From: Caenimonas koreensis DSM 17982
Lineage (GTDB): Bacteria > Pseudomonadota > Gammaproteobacteria > Burkholderiales > Burkholderiaceae_C
Reading direction: 5' to 3'
DNA length: 64,000 bases
Assembly: GCF_009646335.1 (NCBI RefSeq)
Contig: NZ_WJBU01000018.1
Location: 1-64,000, forward strand
The notes beneath the pieces are model-generated. The model was not told the origin of the DNA. It was given only the letters and a program-made list of their open reading frames with translations, and made no database searches. Below are positions 42,294-52,257 of the stretch, in pieces (position 1 is the first letter of the stretch; every line of letters begins with the position of its first letter). The position numbers and the translations under genes are program-made.

Positions 42294-43373
42294 CTATTGC
42301 GCCAGCGCCCACGACACGTGTTCACGCACCAGCGCGCTGGCATCGCTGGCCCGCAACTGCAATGCAGCGCGCACATCGGGCGAATCGCGGTCGCGCAACG
42401 CGTTGCCCATCGCCACCGCCACATTGCGCAGCCAGCGTTCATGACCGATGCGCCTGATCGGGCTGCCTTCGGTGCGTTGCAGGAATTCGCCTTCAGACCA
42501 CGCGAACAAATCGGTGAGCTGCCGGCCTGTCAGCCCAGCGCGTTCATCGAAGTCCGGCAGGGCACTGCGTTGTGCAAACTTGTTCCACGGGCAAACGAGC
42601 TGGCAGTCATCGCAGCCGTAAATGCGGTTGCCCATCAACGCGCGCAAGTCCTCGGGGATAGCGCCGTGATGCTCGATCGTCAGGTACGAGATGCAGCGCC
42701 GCGCGTCGAGCTTGCCGGGGCCAAGAATCGCCTGCGTGGGGCAGACGTCGATGCACGCCTGGCAGCTGCCGCAGTGATCGGTGACAGGCTCTGTTTCGGG
42801 CAACGCGAAGTCGACGTAGATCTCGCCCAGAAAGAACATCGACCCCGCGTCGCGCGACAGCACCAGCGTGTGCTTGCCGCGCCAGCCCTGGCCGCTGCGA
42901 GCAGCCAGTTCGGCTTCAAGGACAGGCGCGGAATCGGTGAAGACGCGATGGCCGAACGCACCGATGCGCTGCGCGATGCGCTCGCTCAGGGCCTGCAGCC
43001 GCGCACGCAGCACCTTGTGATAGTCGCGGCCTCGCGCATACACCGACACAATGGCCTCATGCGGGCGCTGCAGGCGCGCGAACTCGACAGCCTGCCAGTC
43101 GCCAGGCGTGTCGCGCGGCAGGTAATCCATCCGCACGGTGATCACGCTCACGGTTCCCGGAACAAGCTCAGCGGGGCGCGCACGCTTCAAGCCGTGGGCC
43201 TGCATGTAGGCCATGTCGCCATGGAAGCCATTGGCCAGCCATGCCAGCAAACCGGGCTCGGCCGAAGAAAGATCGACGCCTGCCACGCCGATTTGGGAAA
43301 ATCCGAGTTCGCGCGCCCACTCCTGGATCTGCGCGACCCATTGAGGACCTGTTGCCTGACCACCGTTGAACAT
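42294..43373 (-). CDS. queG: epoxyqueuosine reductase
   Basis: 4Fe-4S ferredoxin-type motifs CGSCQACIDVCP and CDDCQLVCP. Start at the ATG MFNGGQ (exact coordinate +/-1); the track's longer GTG-initiated form at 43898 is rejected. Confidence 0.85.
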   Translation of the reverse strand: MFNGGQATGPQWVAQIQEWARELGFSQIGVAGVDLSSAEPGLLAWLANGFHGDMAYMQAHGLKRARPAELVPGTVSVITVRMDYLPRDTPGDWQAVEFARLQRPHEAIVSVYARGRDYHKVLRARLQALSERIAQRIGAFGHRVFTDSAPVLEAELAARSGQGWRGKHTLVLSRDAGSMFFLGEIYVDFALPETEPVTDHCGSCQACIDVCPTQAILGPGKLDARRCISYLTIEHHGAIPEDLRALMGNRIYGCDDCQLVCPWNKFAQRSALPDFDERAGLTGRQLTDLFAWSEGEFLQRTEGSPIRRIGHERWLRNVAVAMGNALRDRDSPDVRAALQLRASDASALVREHVSWALAQ

Positions 43374-43835
43374 CACCCGCCGATTGTAGGAAGCGCCGTC
43401 TGGCACACCGAAGACGACACACGGGCCTTCGCTGCAAAGCTCGCCGCGCATCCGGCCATCGCCGACGCATTCATCGAGCTGCATGGCGACCTGGGCGCCG
43501 GCAAGACCACCTTCGTGCGGCACCTGCTGCACGCGCTGGGCGTGCAGGGCCGCGTCAAGAGCCCCACCTATGCCGTGGTCGAACCGTATGAGCTGCCTTC
43601 GATGCGGGTCTGGCACTTCGACTTCTACCGGTTCAATGACCCGCAGGAATGGGAAGACGCGGGCTTTCGCGACCTGTTCGCGGGCGCCGGCCTGAAGATC
43701 GCCGAATGGCCCGAGAAAGCGCAGGGCCTGCTGCCGCTCGCCGATCTCGTCATGCAGATCGAGCCGGACGCGCAGGAGACGCGCCACGTCACCTTGCGCG
43801 CACAAACAGCGCGCGGCCAGGAGCTGCTCGCATGA
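43342..43835 (+). CDS. tsaE: tRNA threonylcarbamoyladenosine biosynthesis protein TsaE
   Basis: P-loop ELHGDLGAGKTTFVR. The start is uncertain (nearest in-frame TTG at about 43342). The stop overlaps the next gene's ATG. Confidence 0.7.
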
Positions 43836-45244
43836 AGCGGCGTGACGTGCTGCAAGGCGGCAGCCTCGCGCTGCTACTGGGTGCCGCCCACATTGCACAC
43901 GGCGCGAACATCGTGGCCGTGCGGGTGTGGCCCGCGCCCGAATATTCGCGCGTGACGATCGAGTCCGACACCAAGCTGTCGAGCAAGCAGGTCGTCATGA
44001 CCAATCCGCCGCGCCTGGGTGTGGACATCGAAGGCCTGGAGCTCAATGGACACCTGCGCGAACTCGTCGGCAAGGTGCGCGCGGACGACCCCTTCATCGC
44101 TGGCATACGCGCCACGCAGCAGGCGCCGGGCGTCGTGCGGCTGCTGGTGGAGTTGAAGCAGCCTGCCGTGCCACAGGTGTTCGCGCTGTCGCCCGTGGCC
44201 GCGTACCAGCACCGGCTCGTGTTCGACTTCTATCCCGTCAAGGAAGTCGATCCACTGGAAGCACTGATCGCCGAGCGGTTGAAGGAAAAGCCGGTTGCGC
44301 CAGCCCGGCCGGTGCCGCCTTCGCCACCGGCGGCTTCCGCTCCCTCAGCTCCCGCAGCGCCTGCCGCGCCGCCCGGCGATCCGTTGGGCGAGTTGATTGC
44401 CCAGCGCCTCGACAGGACGCCGCAAGCCGGCGTGGTCCCCAGTGCGCAGGCCGCGCCCGCACCAACGCCGCCGTCCGCCTCGGCGCCGCCCTCACCTGCA
44501 GCGCCCCTGCCCAGCAAAACCGACCGCCTGATCATCGTCGCGCTGGACGCGGGCCACGGCGGCGAAGACCCCGGTGCGATCGGCCCGGCGGGCACGCGCG
44601 AGAAAGATGTCGTGCTGCAGATTGCGCATCGCCTTCGCGAACGCATCAATGCGTCGTCCGTCAACGGCAACCCGATGCGCGCCTTCCTCACGCGCGACGC
44701 CGATTTCTTCGTGCCGCTGCAGGTGCGCGTGGAAAAGGCGCGGCGCGTTCAGGCCGACTTGTTCGTGAGCCTGCATGCCGACGCGTTCCTCACGCCCACA
44801 GCCCGCGGTGCAAGCGTGTTTGCCTTGAGCCAGGGCGGCGCGTCGAGCACCGCCGCGCGCTGGATGGCCGACAAGGAAAACCGCGCCGACCTGATTGGCG
44901 GCGTGAACGTCAAAACGAAAGACCGCCACGTCTCGCTCGCCATGCTCGACATGAGCACCACCGCCCAGATCAACGACAGCCTCAAGCTCGGCAGCGCGCT
45001 GCTCGGCGAGATCGTGCGCGTGGGCAAGTTGCACAAAGGCAGTGTCGAGCAGGCCAGCTTTGCCGTGCTGAAGGCGCCAGACATTCCCAGCGTGCTCGTC
45101 GAAACCGCATTCATCAGCAACCCGGAAGAAGAGCAGCGCCTGCGCAGCGACGACTACCAGGAGAAGCTGGCCGACGCGATCATGCGCGGCATCGAGCGCT
45201 ACTTCGCGAAGAACCCGCCGCTTGCACGCAGCCGGGTGGTGTAG
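43832..45244 (+). CDS. N-acetylmuramoyl-L-alanine amidase (AmiB/AmiC family) with a Tat signal
   Basis: MKRRDVLQGG twin-arginine signal, AMIN-like N-domain, Pro/Ala linker, amidase_3 domain (ALDAGHGGEDPGA). Confidence 0.85.
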   Translation: MKRRDVLQGGSLALLLGAAHIAHGANIVAVRVWPAPEYSRVTIESDTKLSSKQVVMTNPPRLGVDIEGLELNGHLRELVGKVRADDPFIAGIRATQQAPGVVRLLVELKQPAVPQVFALSPVAAYQHRLVFDFYPVKEVDPLEALIAERLKEKPVAPARPVPPSPPAASAPSAPAAPAAPPGDPLGELIAQRLDRTPQAGVVPSAQAAPAPTPPSASAPPSPAAPLPSKTDRLIIVALDAGHGGEDPGAIGPAGTREKDVVLQIAHRLRERINASSVNGNPMRAFLTRDADFFVPLQVRVEKARRVQADLFVSLHADAFLTPTARGASVFALSQGGASSTAARWMADKENRADLIGGVNVKTKDRHVSLAMLDMSTTAQINDSLKLGSALLGEIVRVGKLHKGSVEQASFAVLKAPDIPSVLVETAFISNPEEEQRLRSDDYQEKLADAIMRGIERYFAKNPPLARSRVV

Positions 45245-45422
45245 GGGCCGATCAACCCCTGTACTGGGGCGCCGCTGAGCTTGTCGCGCCCGCTGCCGAC
45301 TCGCCGCGCGCCCCTTCTCCTACACCTGCGCCTCTTCAACGCTCCCTAGAGTTGCACCACAGGTTCATCGAAGCGTACGCACTTGCGAACGCGCCTGCAG
45401 TTCAACACAAGAGAGGTACATC

Positions 45423-45632
45423 ATGAAAACCAGACTGATTGCTACGGCTGCACTCGCCGCTTCGCTGCTGGGCCTGACCGCTTGCGGCACCATGGATCGC
45501 CAGACTGCCGGTACGGTGGGCGGCGCCGTCGTGGGTGGTGTCGTGGGCGACGCCGTGATCGGCGGGCCTGTCGGTGTGATCGGCGGCGCTGCTGCCGGTG
45601 CGTACATCGGCAACCAGGCCACCAAGCGCTAA
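45423..45632 (+). CDS. small glycine-zipper lipoprotein
   Basis: 69 aa; lipobox LTAC; GxxxG zipper. Confidence 0.6.
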   Translation: MKTRLIATAALAASLLGLTACGTMDRQTAGTVGGAVVGGVVGDAVIGGPVGVIGGAAAGAYIGNQATKR

Positions 45633-45645
45633 GCGCCCGGCAAGC

Positions 45646-46215
45646 TCAGATCGGATAGATCAGCGAGTTGAGCACCATCTCGCTGTCGTAAATGCAACGC
45701 CGGCTGGCCAGCTTCAGGCCCGCCGGCGTTTGCACGAATTCATCGAGATAGCGGCCCACGTTGTACACCTGCGTGGCGTCACCGGGCCGCGTGCGGAACA
45801 CCGCGTAGTGAGCCTGGGCCCGGATGCGATCGCCCTCGTGCGAGAGCAGCTGTGGCGCGAGAAGCTGCGCAGGGCCAATCACATGCCGCGTGTAATACGG
45901 CGCGTGGTAGATCGTCTGCGTGATGCCGTACACGCGATCCTTCATCATCGCCTTGCTCTCCAGTGCCATCAGCGACAACGGCAGGCCGCGGTCGAAGTTC
46001 TCGCGGGCCTGCACCTGGTAGAGCGCGTCTTGGGTGAAGAACTCGGGCCAGTCGTCGAAGCGGCGCTCGTCAAGCGCAGCTGCATAGGCGGCATTGAGCG
46101 CATCGACCTGCAGGCGCAGCATCAACGCCTGTGTCGATGATGCGGCACTTTGCCGCGCAGGCGCCGGCGATGCCGGGCGGCCAGCATCAAACGCTTCGTC
46201 TGAATAGCCACTCAT
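45646..46215 (-). CDS. aromatic ring-hydroxylating dioxygenase, beta (small) subunit
   Basis: 189 aa, SnoaL-like fold; 4-bp overlap with the alpha subunit gene. Confidence 0.8.
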   Translation of the reverse strand: MSGYSDEAFDAGRPASPAPARQSAASSTQALMLRLQVDALNAAYAAALDERRFDDWPEFFTQDALYQVQARENFDRGLPLSLMALESKAMMKDRVYGITQTIYHAPYYTRHVIGPAQLLAPQLLSHEGDRIRAQAHYAVFRTRPGDATQVYNVGRYLDEFVQTPAGLKLASRRCIYDSEMVLNSLIYPI

Positions 46216-47549
46216 GGCGCCATCACCTTGCGCCAGTAGGCGTACATGCTGCGAATCAGCGTTTCGGTGACCATGTGTTCAGTCGCTTCTGTGCCCGTTC
46301 CGCCCAGCTCGCACAGCGTCGAGCCGCCATCGCCCCATTGGGCAAAGCCCTGCTGGCTCAACTCAATCACCTCGCCATCGTCTGCACTCACGAACCCGGC
46401 CGGGCCGAACAGGTTCGCCTGGCGCAATCGCCGCCGCGTCATCTCCGGCGTGTCGTCGGCAAAGCCGAAGTGCGTCCACACGAAGTCGAACTCGCCCTCA
46501 CCGCGCGGAACGATATGCCGTGTCGATAGCGAATTCACCTGCTGCTGGATGATCAAGCTGGGGAACAGCGTGATCATCGTCACCGTCGGCGTGATGTGGC
46601 TGCCCGGATTCGACGGATCGTCGATCGTCCACCACGGCTCGGCCACCACGTCGAGCAGCCGGTCGTCATGCAGCGCCATATTGGCCTTGAACGATGTCAC
46701 GCCCTGCGTCACGGCGGCGTTCTGCCCGCCTTCATTGCGCCGCGAAATCATCACCGCGTGCCGCCCCTGTTCATCCATCACCATCCGGCTTTTCTGGTCC
46801 GCGCGCCACAGACCGAACGTGACGAACCACGTGTGCAGCAGGCCGGGGTGATACGGGTCCTTGATGTTCTCCATCATCAGCTTCCAGTTGCCTGGAATGC
46901 GCTGGCGGTTGTAGCCCAGCAGCGTGAGCGTGCGGCCTTTGAAGATGCGGTCCAGCCAGGGCATCACCTGCGGCCCGAGATAGTCGTCCAGGGACTGTGC
47001 GCTGTCGCTGAACGTGGCAAACACCAGTCCATGCAACACCGCGACCCGCAGCTTGGTCAGCCCATGGTCCTTGATATCAAAGTCAGCCGGCATGCCGCCG
47101 TTGACGCATGGTGTGCCGTCGGCCTGCTCGGCCTTCACGCCGTCCTTGAAGGGCAACCCCGCCAGATCGCCATTGAGCTTGTAGGTCCACTGGTGATACG
47201 GACACACAAAGCTGCGCGCATTGCCGTGCGGCTGCTGGCAAAACCGCACACCACGATGCGCGCAACGGTTCTCGACCACGCGAATGCCAGTGTCTGTCGC
47301 CCGATCTTTAGGCGCCACGCGGTCGCGCACCAGGATCACCTGCCGCTCGCCGATCCAGCTCAGTTTGAAGTCACCGATATTCGGCACTTCAATCTCGAGC
47401 CCCACGTAGCTCCAGTGATCGCCATAGAAAATCCGGTCGAGCTCGCGCTGGTACAGCTGTGCGTCTGTGTACGCCCAGAACGGCACGCGACTGGAGGTGG
47501 CGTCTTTCCAGTTGTGCTCGTTGCCCAAAGAAGTTTGCTCAGCGGTCAT
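46212..47549 (-). CDS. Rieske non-heme iron aromatic ring-hydroxylating oxygenase, alpha subunit
   Basis: Rieske CAHRG...CPYHQW plus the mononuclear iron region (DPYHPGLLH). Start chosen at the ATG MTAEQTS. Confidence 0.85.
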   Translation of the reverse strand: MTAEQTSLGNEHNWKDATSSRVPFWAYTDAQLYQRELDRIFYGDHWSYVGLEIEVPNIGDFKLSWIGERQVILVRDRVAPKDRATDTGIRVVENRCAHRGVRFCQQPHGNARSFVCPYHQWTYKLNGDLAGLPFKDGVKAEQADGTPCVNGGMPADFDIKDHGLTKLRVAVLHGLVFATFSDSAQSLDDYLGPQVMPWLDRIFKGRTLTLLGYNRQRIPGNWKLMMENIKDPYHPGLLHTWFVTFGLWRADQKSRMVMDEQGRHAVMISRRNEGGQNAAVTQGVTSFKANMALHDDRLLDVVAEPWWTIDDPSNPGSHITPTVTMITLFPSLIIQQQVNSLSTRHIVPRGEGEFDFVWTHFGFADDTPEMTRRRLRQANLFGPAGFVSADDGEVIELSQQGFAQWGDGGSTLCELGGTGTEATEHMVTETLIRSMYAYWRKVMAP

Positions 47550-47733
47550 TTGCAAAATAATACGCTTACTTAGCAATTTTGCTCTTGGGTCGTTGGGGGA
47601 CATTCGGGGTAGTGCCACGGCTGCTGTGTGGCACCGCTCAGAGCCGTTGAGTTGTTACTCGGTGATAACCGTTGCGCGCGAGTTTCGGACAAGCGCGTTA
47701 TCACTGAGTTGATCAATCACCGCACTGCGCAGA

Positions 47734-47832
47734 CTGCGAGCGGTGGGTGGCCTTTTCCCGCAGGTAAAGGAGGAGCTCGGCCCCTAGGGCCGGCGGGGGA
47801 CACGGAGGGAAAAGGCCACCCGCCGCTCGCAG
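47734..47832. repeat. long inverted repeat: a 26-bp stem (one mismatch) with a 47-nt loop that itself holds the palindrome GGCCCCTAGGGCC
   Basis: CTGCGAGCGGTGGGTGGCCTTTTCCC at 47734-47759 pairs with GGGAAAAGGCCACCCGCCGCTCGCAG at 47807-47832. Located between the flavin reductase stop and the dioxygenase promoter region. Confidence 0.6.
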
Positions 47833-47857
47833 TCCACCCCCGAACCGTCGAACAGAC

Positions 47858-48400
47858 TTACCGAGGACGCAACGCAGTCTTCTCCAGCGACAACAGAAGG
47901 TCAGCAATAACCTTCTTAGTCCCCTCGTCGGTCAGTTCACCCTGCGCGTTGAACTTGCCCGAAGCCATGTTGATAAAGACCTCAGGCTTGACCACCGTCT
48001 GCGTGTTGAGAAACAAAAGCGTCTGGCGCAAGTGATATTGCATACGCGCCGTGCCAACCTGCCCCGGACTCGCACCCATGATGGCCGTGGGCTTGCCGTC
48101 GAACGGCTGCTCGGGCGGGCGCGAAGCCCAGTCGATGGCGTTCTTGAGCACACCCGGTATCGAGAAGTTGTACTCGGGCGAGACAATCAACAACGCATCC
48201 GCAGCCTTGATCGCGGCGCGAAACGCCTGCACCGAAGGCGGCAAGCCGGCAGCGTGCACATCCTCGTTGTAGAGCGGAATCTCCGAGATATCGGCGATAT
48301 CGATTTGCATGCCCGCTGGCGCGAGCGCCTGCGCCGCGTGCAGCGCCATCCGGTTGATAGACGCCTTGCGCAGGCTGCCGCAGATTCCGAGTACCTTCAT
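47858..48400 (-). CDS. NAD(P)H-dependent FMN reductase
   Basis: MKVLGICGSLRKAS..., 180 aa; plausible electron-transfer partner for the adjacent oxygenase. Confidence 0.8.
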   Translation of the reverse strand: MKVLGICGSLRKASINRMALHAAQALAPAGMQIDIADISEIPLYNEDVHAAGLPPSVQAFRAAIKAADALLIVSPEYNFSIPGVLKNAIDWASRPPEQPFDGKPTAIMGASPGQVGTARMQYHLRQTLLFLNTQTVVKPEVFINMASGKFNAQGELTDEGTKKVIADLLLSLEKTALRPR

Positions 48401-48448
48401 GTTGATGCCCTGGTGATGAATGACACCCGGCATCTTATGGGTTGCGAC

Positions 48449-50494
48449 CTAACTCCGCTTGGAGACCAGCGTGAGGATGTCGTAACTCGCGACCACCTCC
48501 TCGTCCTGGTTCGTCACCTCAACATCCCAGGCGACCACACCCTGCCCGACGCCATTCGCGTCCTTGCGGTTGCGGTCGATCTTGCGCTTGGCAGTCAGGC
48601 GCGCGCGAATCGTGTCGCCAATGCCCACGGGTTTGACGAAGCGCAGCGTGTCCAGCCCGTAGTTCGCCAGCACCGGCCCCGGCGCGGGCGACACGAACAG
48701 GCCCGCCGCCGCCGACAGCACAAAGTAGCCGTGCGCAATGCGCTTGCCGAACTGCGATTGCTTCGCGGCGATCTCGTCGAAGTGCATGTAGAAGTAGTCA
48801 CCGCTCATGCCACCGAAGTTGACGATGTCAGCCTCCGTCACGGTGCGCCTGTGCGTGAGCAATGAGTCGCCAATGCTCAGCTCCTCAAAATACTTGCGGA
48901 ACGGATGCGTGCCGTCTTCCGTGACCTTCGCGCCGCGCACGAACTCACCGGTCACTGCCGCCAGCATCGAGGGCGAACCCTGCACCGCCGTGCGCTGCAG
49001 GTAATGCTTCACCGCGCGCACGCCGCCCAGCTCTTCACCACCACCCGCGCGGCCCGGCCCGCCATGCTTGAGCATCGGCAACGGCGAGCCGTGGCCCGTC
49101 GATTCAACGGCAGCTTCACGGTCGAGCACAAGGATGCGGCCGTGCGTCATGGCAGCTGCGGGAACGAACTGCGCCGCAGTCGCCGCGCTCTTGGTCACAA
49201 GCGTGCACACCAGGCTGCCCTTGCCCTTGGCCGCAAGCGCGAGCGCTTCGTCGATGCCGTCATAGGCCATCAACGTGCTCACGGGCCCGAACGCCTCGAT
49301 GTCGTGCACGCTGTCGTCGCCCATCGGGTTGCGCGCGAGCAGCAGTGTCGGCGCAAAGAACGAGCCTTGCGCAACGCCCTCGCCCTGGGGCGCAAAGCCA
49401 TCGCGCTCGCCAAACACAAGCTCAGCGTTTTGCAGCAGCGCGGCAACACGCTCGCCGACATCGCGTTGCTGGTCATGCGACGCCAGCGCGCCCATGCGCA
49501 CGTCGGCGAGCGAAGGGTCGCCGACGACGGTCTTGGCCAGCCGCGCGCGCAGGCGTTGCGAGACTTCGTCGATATACCGCCGCGGCACGATCGCGCGCCG
49601 GATGGCCGTGCATTTCTGGCCGGCCTTGACCGTCATCTCGCGTGCGACTTCCTTGACGAACAGGTCGAACTCTTCATCGCCCGGCTCCACATCGGGCGCG
49701 AGCACCGCACAGTTGAGCGAATCGGCCTCGGCGTTGAACGGGATCGAGTGGCGAACGATGTTCGGGTGAACGCGCAGCTTGGCGGCCGTATCGGCAGAGC
49801 CGGTGAACGTGACCACATCCTGCCCGTCGAGGCGGTCGAGCAAGTCGCCCGTGCTGCCGATCACCAGTTGCAAACTGCCCTCAGGCAGGATGCCCGACTC
49901 GATCACGAGGCGGACCATCGCTTCAGTCAGGTAGCTCGTTGACGTCGCAGGCTTGCCGATACATGGAACACCCGCCAGAAAGCTCGGCGCAAACTTTTCA
50001 AGCAGCCCCCAGATGGGGAAGTTGAACGCGTTGATGTGCACCGCCACACCCCCGCGCGGCACGAGGATGTGGGTGCCCGCAAAGCCGCCCTTCTTGCCCA
50101 GCGAGAGCGCCGGGCCTTCATGAACGACGTTGCCCGAGGGCAGCTCGTTCGAGCCGACGCCCGCATACGCGAACAGCGTGCCGCTGCCGCCTTCGATGTC
50201 GATCCAGCTGTCGTTGCGCGTGGCGCCTGTGTGCGCCGAAATGGCATACAGCGCTTCCTTGCGCTCACCCAGGAATTTTGCGAGCGCCTTCAGCCGCTCG
50301 GCGCGCTGCTGGAAGTCGAGCTTGAGCAGCGCGGGCACGCCCACCTTGCGCGCGTGGTGCACCGCTTGCGCAAAGTCGATCTTGTCAGCGTGCGTTGACG
50401 CGATAGGCCGGCCGTTGACGGCGCTGCGCAGTTCCTGCGCGGCTTGCTTGCCAACCCATTGGCCGGCAATGTAGCTCTGAAGCGTGGTGGTCAT
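48449..50494 (-). CDS. paaZ: bifunctional oxepin-CoA hydrolase / 3-oxo-5,6-dehydrosuberyl-CoA semialdehyde dehydrogenase PaaZ
   Basis: 681 aa; N-terminal aldehyde dehydrogenase domain plus C-terminal MaoC-like hydratase domain. Confidence 0.85.
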   Translation of the reverse strand: MTTTLQSYIAGQWVGKQAAQELRSAVNGRPIASTHADKIDFAQAVHHARKVGVPALLKLDFQQRAERLKALAKFLGERKEALYAISAHTGATRNDSWIDIEGGSGTLFAYAGVGSNELPSGNVVHEGPALSLGKKGGFAGTHILVPRGGVAVHINAFNFPIWGLLEKFAPSFLAGVPCIGKPATSTSYLTEAMVRLVIESGILPEGSLQLVIGSTGDLLDRLDGQDVVTFTGSADTAAKLRVHPNIVRHSIPFNAEADSLNCAVLAPDVEPGDEEFDLFVKEVAREMTVKAGQKCTAIRRAIVPRRYIDEVSQRLRARLAKTVVGDPSLADVRMGALASHDQQRDVGERVAALLQNAELVFGERDGFAPQGEGVAQGSFFAPTLLLARNPMGDDSVHDIEAFGPVSTLMAYDGIDEALALAAKGKGSLVCTLVTKSAATAAQFVPAAAMTHGRILVLDREAAVESTGHGSPLPMLKHGGPGRAGGGEELGGVRAVKHYLQRTAVQGSPSMLAAVTGEFVRGAKVTEDGTHPFRKYFEELSIGDSLLTHRRTVTEADIVNFGGMSGDYFYMHFDEIAAKQSQFGKRIAHGYFVLSAAAGLFVSPAPGPVLANYGLDTLRFVKPVGIGDTIRARLTAKRKIDRNRKDANGVGQGVVAWDVEVTNQDEEVVASYDILTLVSKRS

Positions 50495-50523
50495 TTGTCA
50501 ATCCTCGTTCGAATCGTTGTTTG

Positions 50524-51138
50524 TCATGCCTGCTGGGTTTCGGGCAGCTTCACGGCCGAGAGCCCGCCCAGGAACAAGTCCGTGACGATGGGCGCCATCT
50601 GGTCGTAATCCAGCGCGCCGTTCGGCCGCATCCAGGTGAACATCCAGTTGACCATGCCGAACAGCAGCATGGTCAGCGGCTTGCTCATGGCCACCTGGGC
50701 CAGTTCGGGCCGCAGCTCGCCCACCACGCGCGCGAAGCCATTGACGACCTCGCGTTCCTTGTCGAGGATGCGGTGGCGGTCCTGGTCCTGCAGGAACTTC
50801 ACGTCCTGCGTGAGCACGCGCTGCGCGTCCTGCGCGTCGGCGTATTCCTCCACGAGGCGGCGGATCAGCTCGCGCAGGCGTCGCTGTGGCGTGGGCTCAT
50901 GCGTGAGCGTGGCAAGCACGATGCCCTGCAGCCGCGTGACATGGCTGTCGCAGATGCTCACGAGCAAGGCGTACTTGTCTTCGAAGTAGTGATACAGCGT
51001 GGCCTTCGACAGGCCGCAGGCCTGCGCCACTTCATTCATCGAAGTGGCCGGGTAGCCGCGCTGCGCAAACAGCGCCGCGGCCTGCACGAGGATCATCCCG
51101 CGCTGGTCGTCATAACCCGCATGGCGGCCGCGTCCCAT
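50524..51138 (-). CDS. TetR-family transcriptional regulator (likely paa-cluster regulator)
   Basis: HTH ATSMNEVAQACGLSKATLYHYF; sits between paaZ and paaE. Confidence 0.8.
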   Translation of the reverse strand: MGRGRHAGYDDQRGMILVQAAALFAQRGYPATSMNEVAQACGLSKATLYHYFEDKYALLVSICDSHVTRLQGIVLATLTHEPTPQRRLRELIRRLVEEYADAQDAQRVLTQDVKFLQDQDRHRILDKEREVVNGFARVVGELRPELAQVAMSKPLTMLLFGMVNWMFTWMRPNGALDYDQMAPIVTDLFLGGLSAVKLPETQQA

Positions 51139-51164
51139 TTTTTGGTTGAGCGTTGAGCGTTGGG

Positions 51165-52250
51165 TCAGCGTTCGTCGAATGACAGGACGACGCGCTCGGT
51201 CATGGGGTGCGACTGGCATGTCAGCACGAAACCATTGGCCACTTCATTCTTGTCGAGGGCAAAGTTGCGCTCCATGCGCACATCGCCCTCGATCACTTTC
51301 GCCCGGCAGGTTCCGCACACGCCTGACGTGCACGAGTACGGCACTTCCAGCCCGGCCGCCGACGCCGCATCGAGGAGACTCGGCTGGCCCTTGAAGAACT
51401 GGATCTCGCGGCGCATGCCATCGCGAATGATCGTCACCTTCGACTGCTCCGCGTCTCCCGGGCGCGCTTCATGCACCACAGCGCCAACCTGCCCCGCCGC
51501 CTGCTGCGCGATGCCGAAGCGCTCGATGTGGATGCGGTCTTCAGGCACGCCCGCCGCCAGCAGCGCTGCCTCGGCCTCGTCGTTCATCTGGAACGGGCCG
51601 CAGATGTACGCGTGGTCCACCTGCGCGGCGGGCACCACGGTGGACAGGAACTCGCCGAGCTTGTGGCGGTCCATCAGGCCCATGTTGATCGGCGCGTCAG
51701 TGTGCTCGTCGGAGAACACGTGGTTGAGCACCAGCCGCGTCATGTACCTGTCTTTCAGGTCCTCGATCTCTTCCTTGAACATCGTCGAGCGCAGCGCCCG
51801 GTTGCCGTAGATCAGCGTGAAGCGGCTGTGCGGCTCGCGCGCCAGCACCGTCTTCATGATCGACAGGATGGGCGTGATGCCGCTGCCGCCTGCAATGCCC
51901 AGGTGGTGGCGCTGCGCATTCGGCTCGATCGGCACGAAGAAGCGGCCCTGCGGCGCCATCACATTGATCGTGTCGCCAGGCTGCAGGTGGTCGTTGATCC
52001 AGTTCGAGAACACGCCGCCCTTGACCTTGCGCACGCCCACGCGCAGCTCGCCGTCGTCCACACCCGCGCAGATCGAATACGAGCGACGCAGGTCTTCGCC
52101 CTCGATCTCCTTGCGCAGCGTGAGGTACTGGCCCTGCGTGAAGCCGAAGACCGATCGCAGCGCTTGCGGCACATCGAACGAGACGATCACGGCCTCGGCC
52201 GTGTCGGGCTGGATGGCGCGCACGCGCAGCGGATGGAAGATGGGGGTCAT
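51165..52250 (-). CDS. paaE: 1,2-phenylacetyl-CoA epoxidase subunit E (reductase)
   Basis: FAD/NAD-binding domain plus C-terminal 2Fe-2S ferredoxin CTSGVCGTC. Start at the ATG MTPIFHPL. Confidence 0.85.
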   Translation of the reverse strand: MTPIFHPLRVRAIQPDTAEAVIVSFDVPQALRSVFGFTQGQYLTLRKEIEGEDLRRSYSICAGVDDGELRVGVRKVKGGVFSNWINDHLQPGDTINVMAPQGRFFVPIEPNAQRHHLGIAGGSGITPILSIMKTVLAREPHSRFTLIYGNRALRSTMFKEEIEDLKDRYMTRLVLNHVFSDEHTDAPINMGLMDRHKLGEFLSTVVPAAQVDHAYICGPFQMNDEAEAALLAAGVPEDRIHIERFGIAQQAAGQVGAVVHEARPGDAEQSKVTIIRDGMRREIQFFKGQPSLLDAASAAGLEVPYSCTSGVCGTCRAKVIEGDVRMERNFALDKNEVANGFVLTCQSHPMTERVVLSFDER

Positions 52251-52257
52251 TCGCTTG

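Noticed and set aside
42297-43340. 5' two-thirds of the 512-aa plus ORF 42297-43835
   Set aside because: Only the last ~165 codons match TsaE. The upstream part is antisense to queG, which has Fe-S motifs.
43373-43898. N-terminal 175-aa extension of the queG ORF in the track (GTG start at 43898)
   Set aside because: It would run antisense through tsaE and the amidase start. QueG family proteins are about 360 aa and align from MFNGGQ.
43927-45426. 499-aa plus ORF in an alternative frame of the amidase gene
   Set aside because: Arg-rich, no motifs; the amidase frame carries a Tat signal and catalytic residues.
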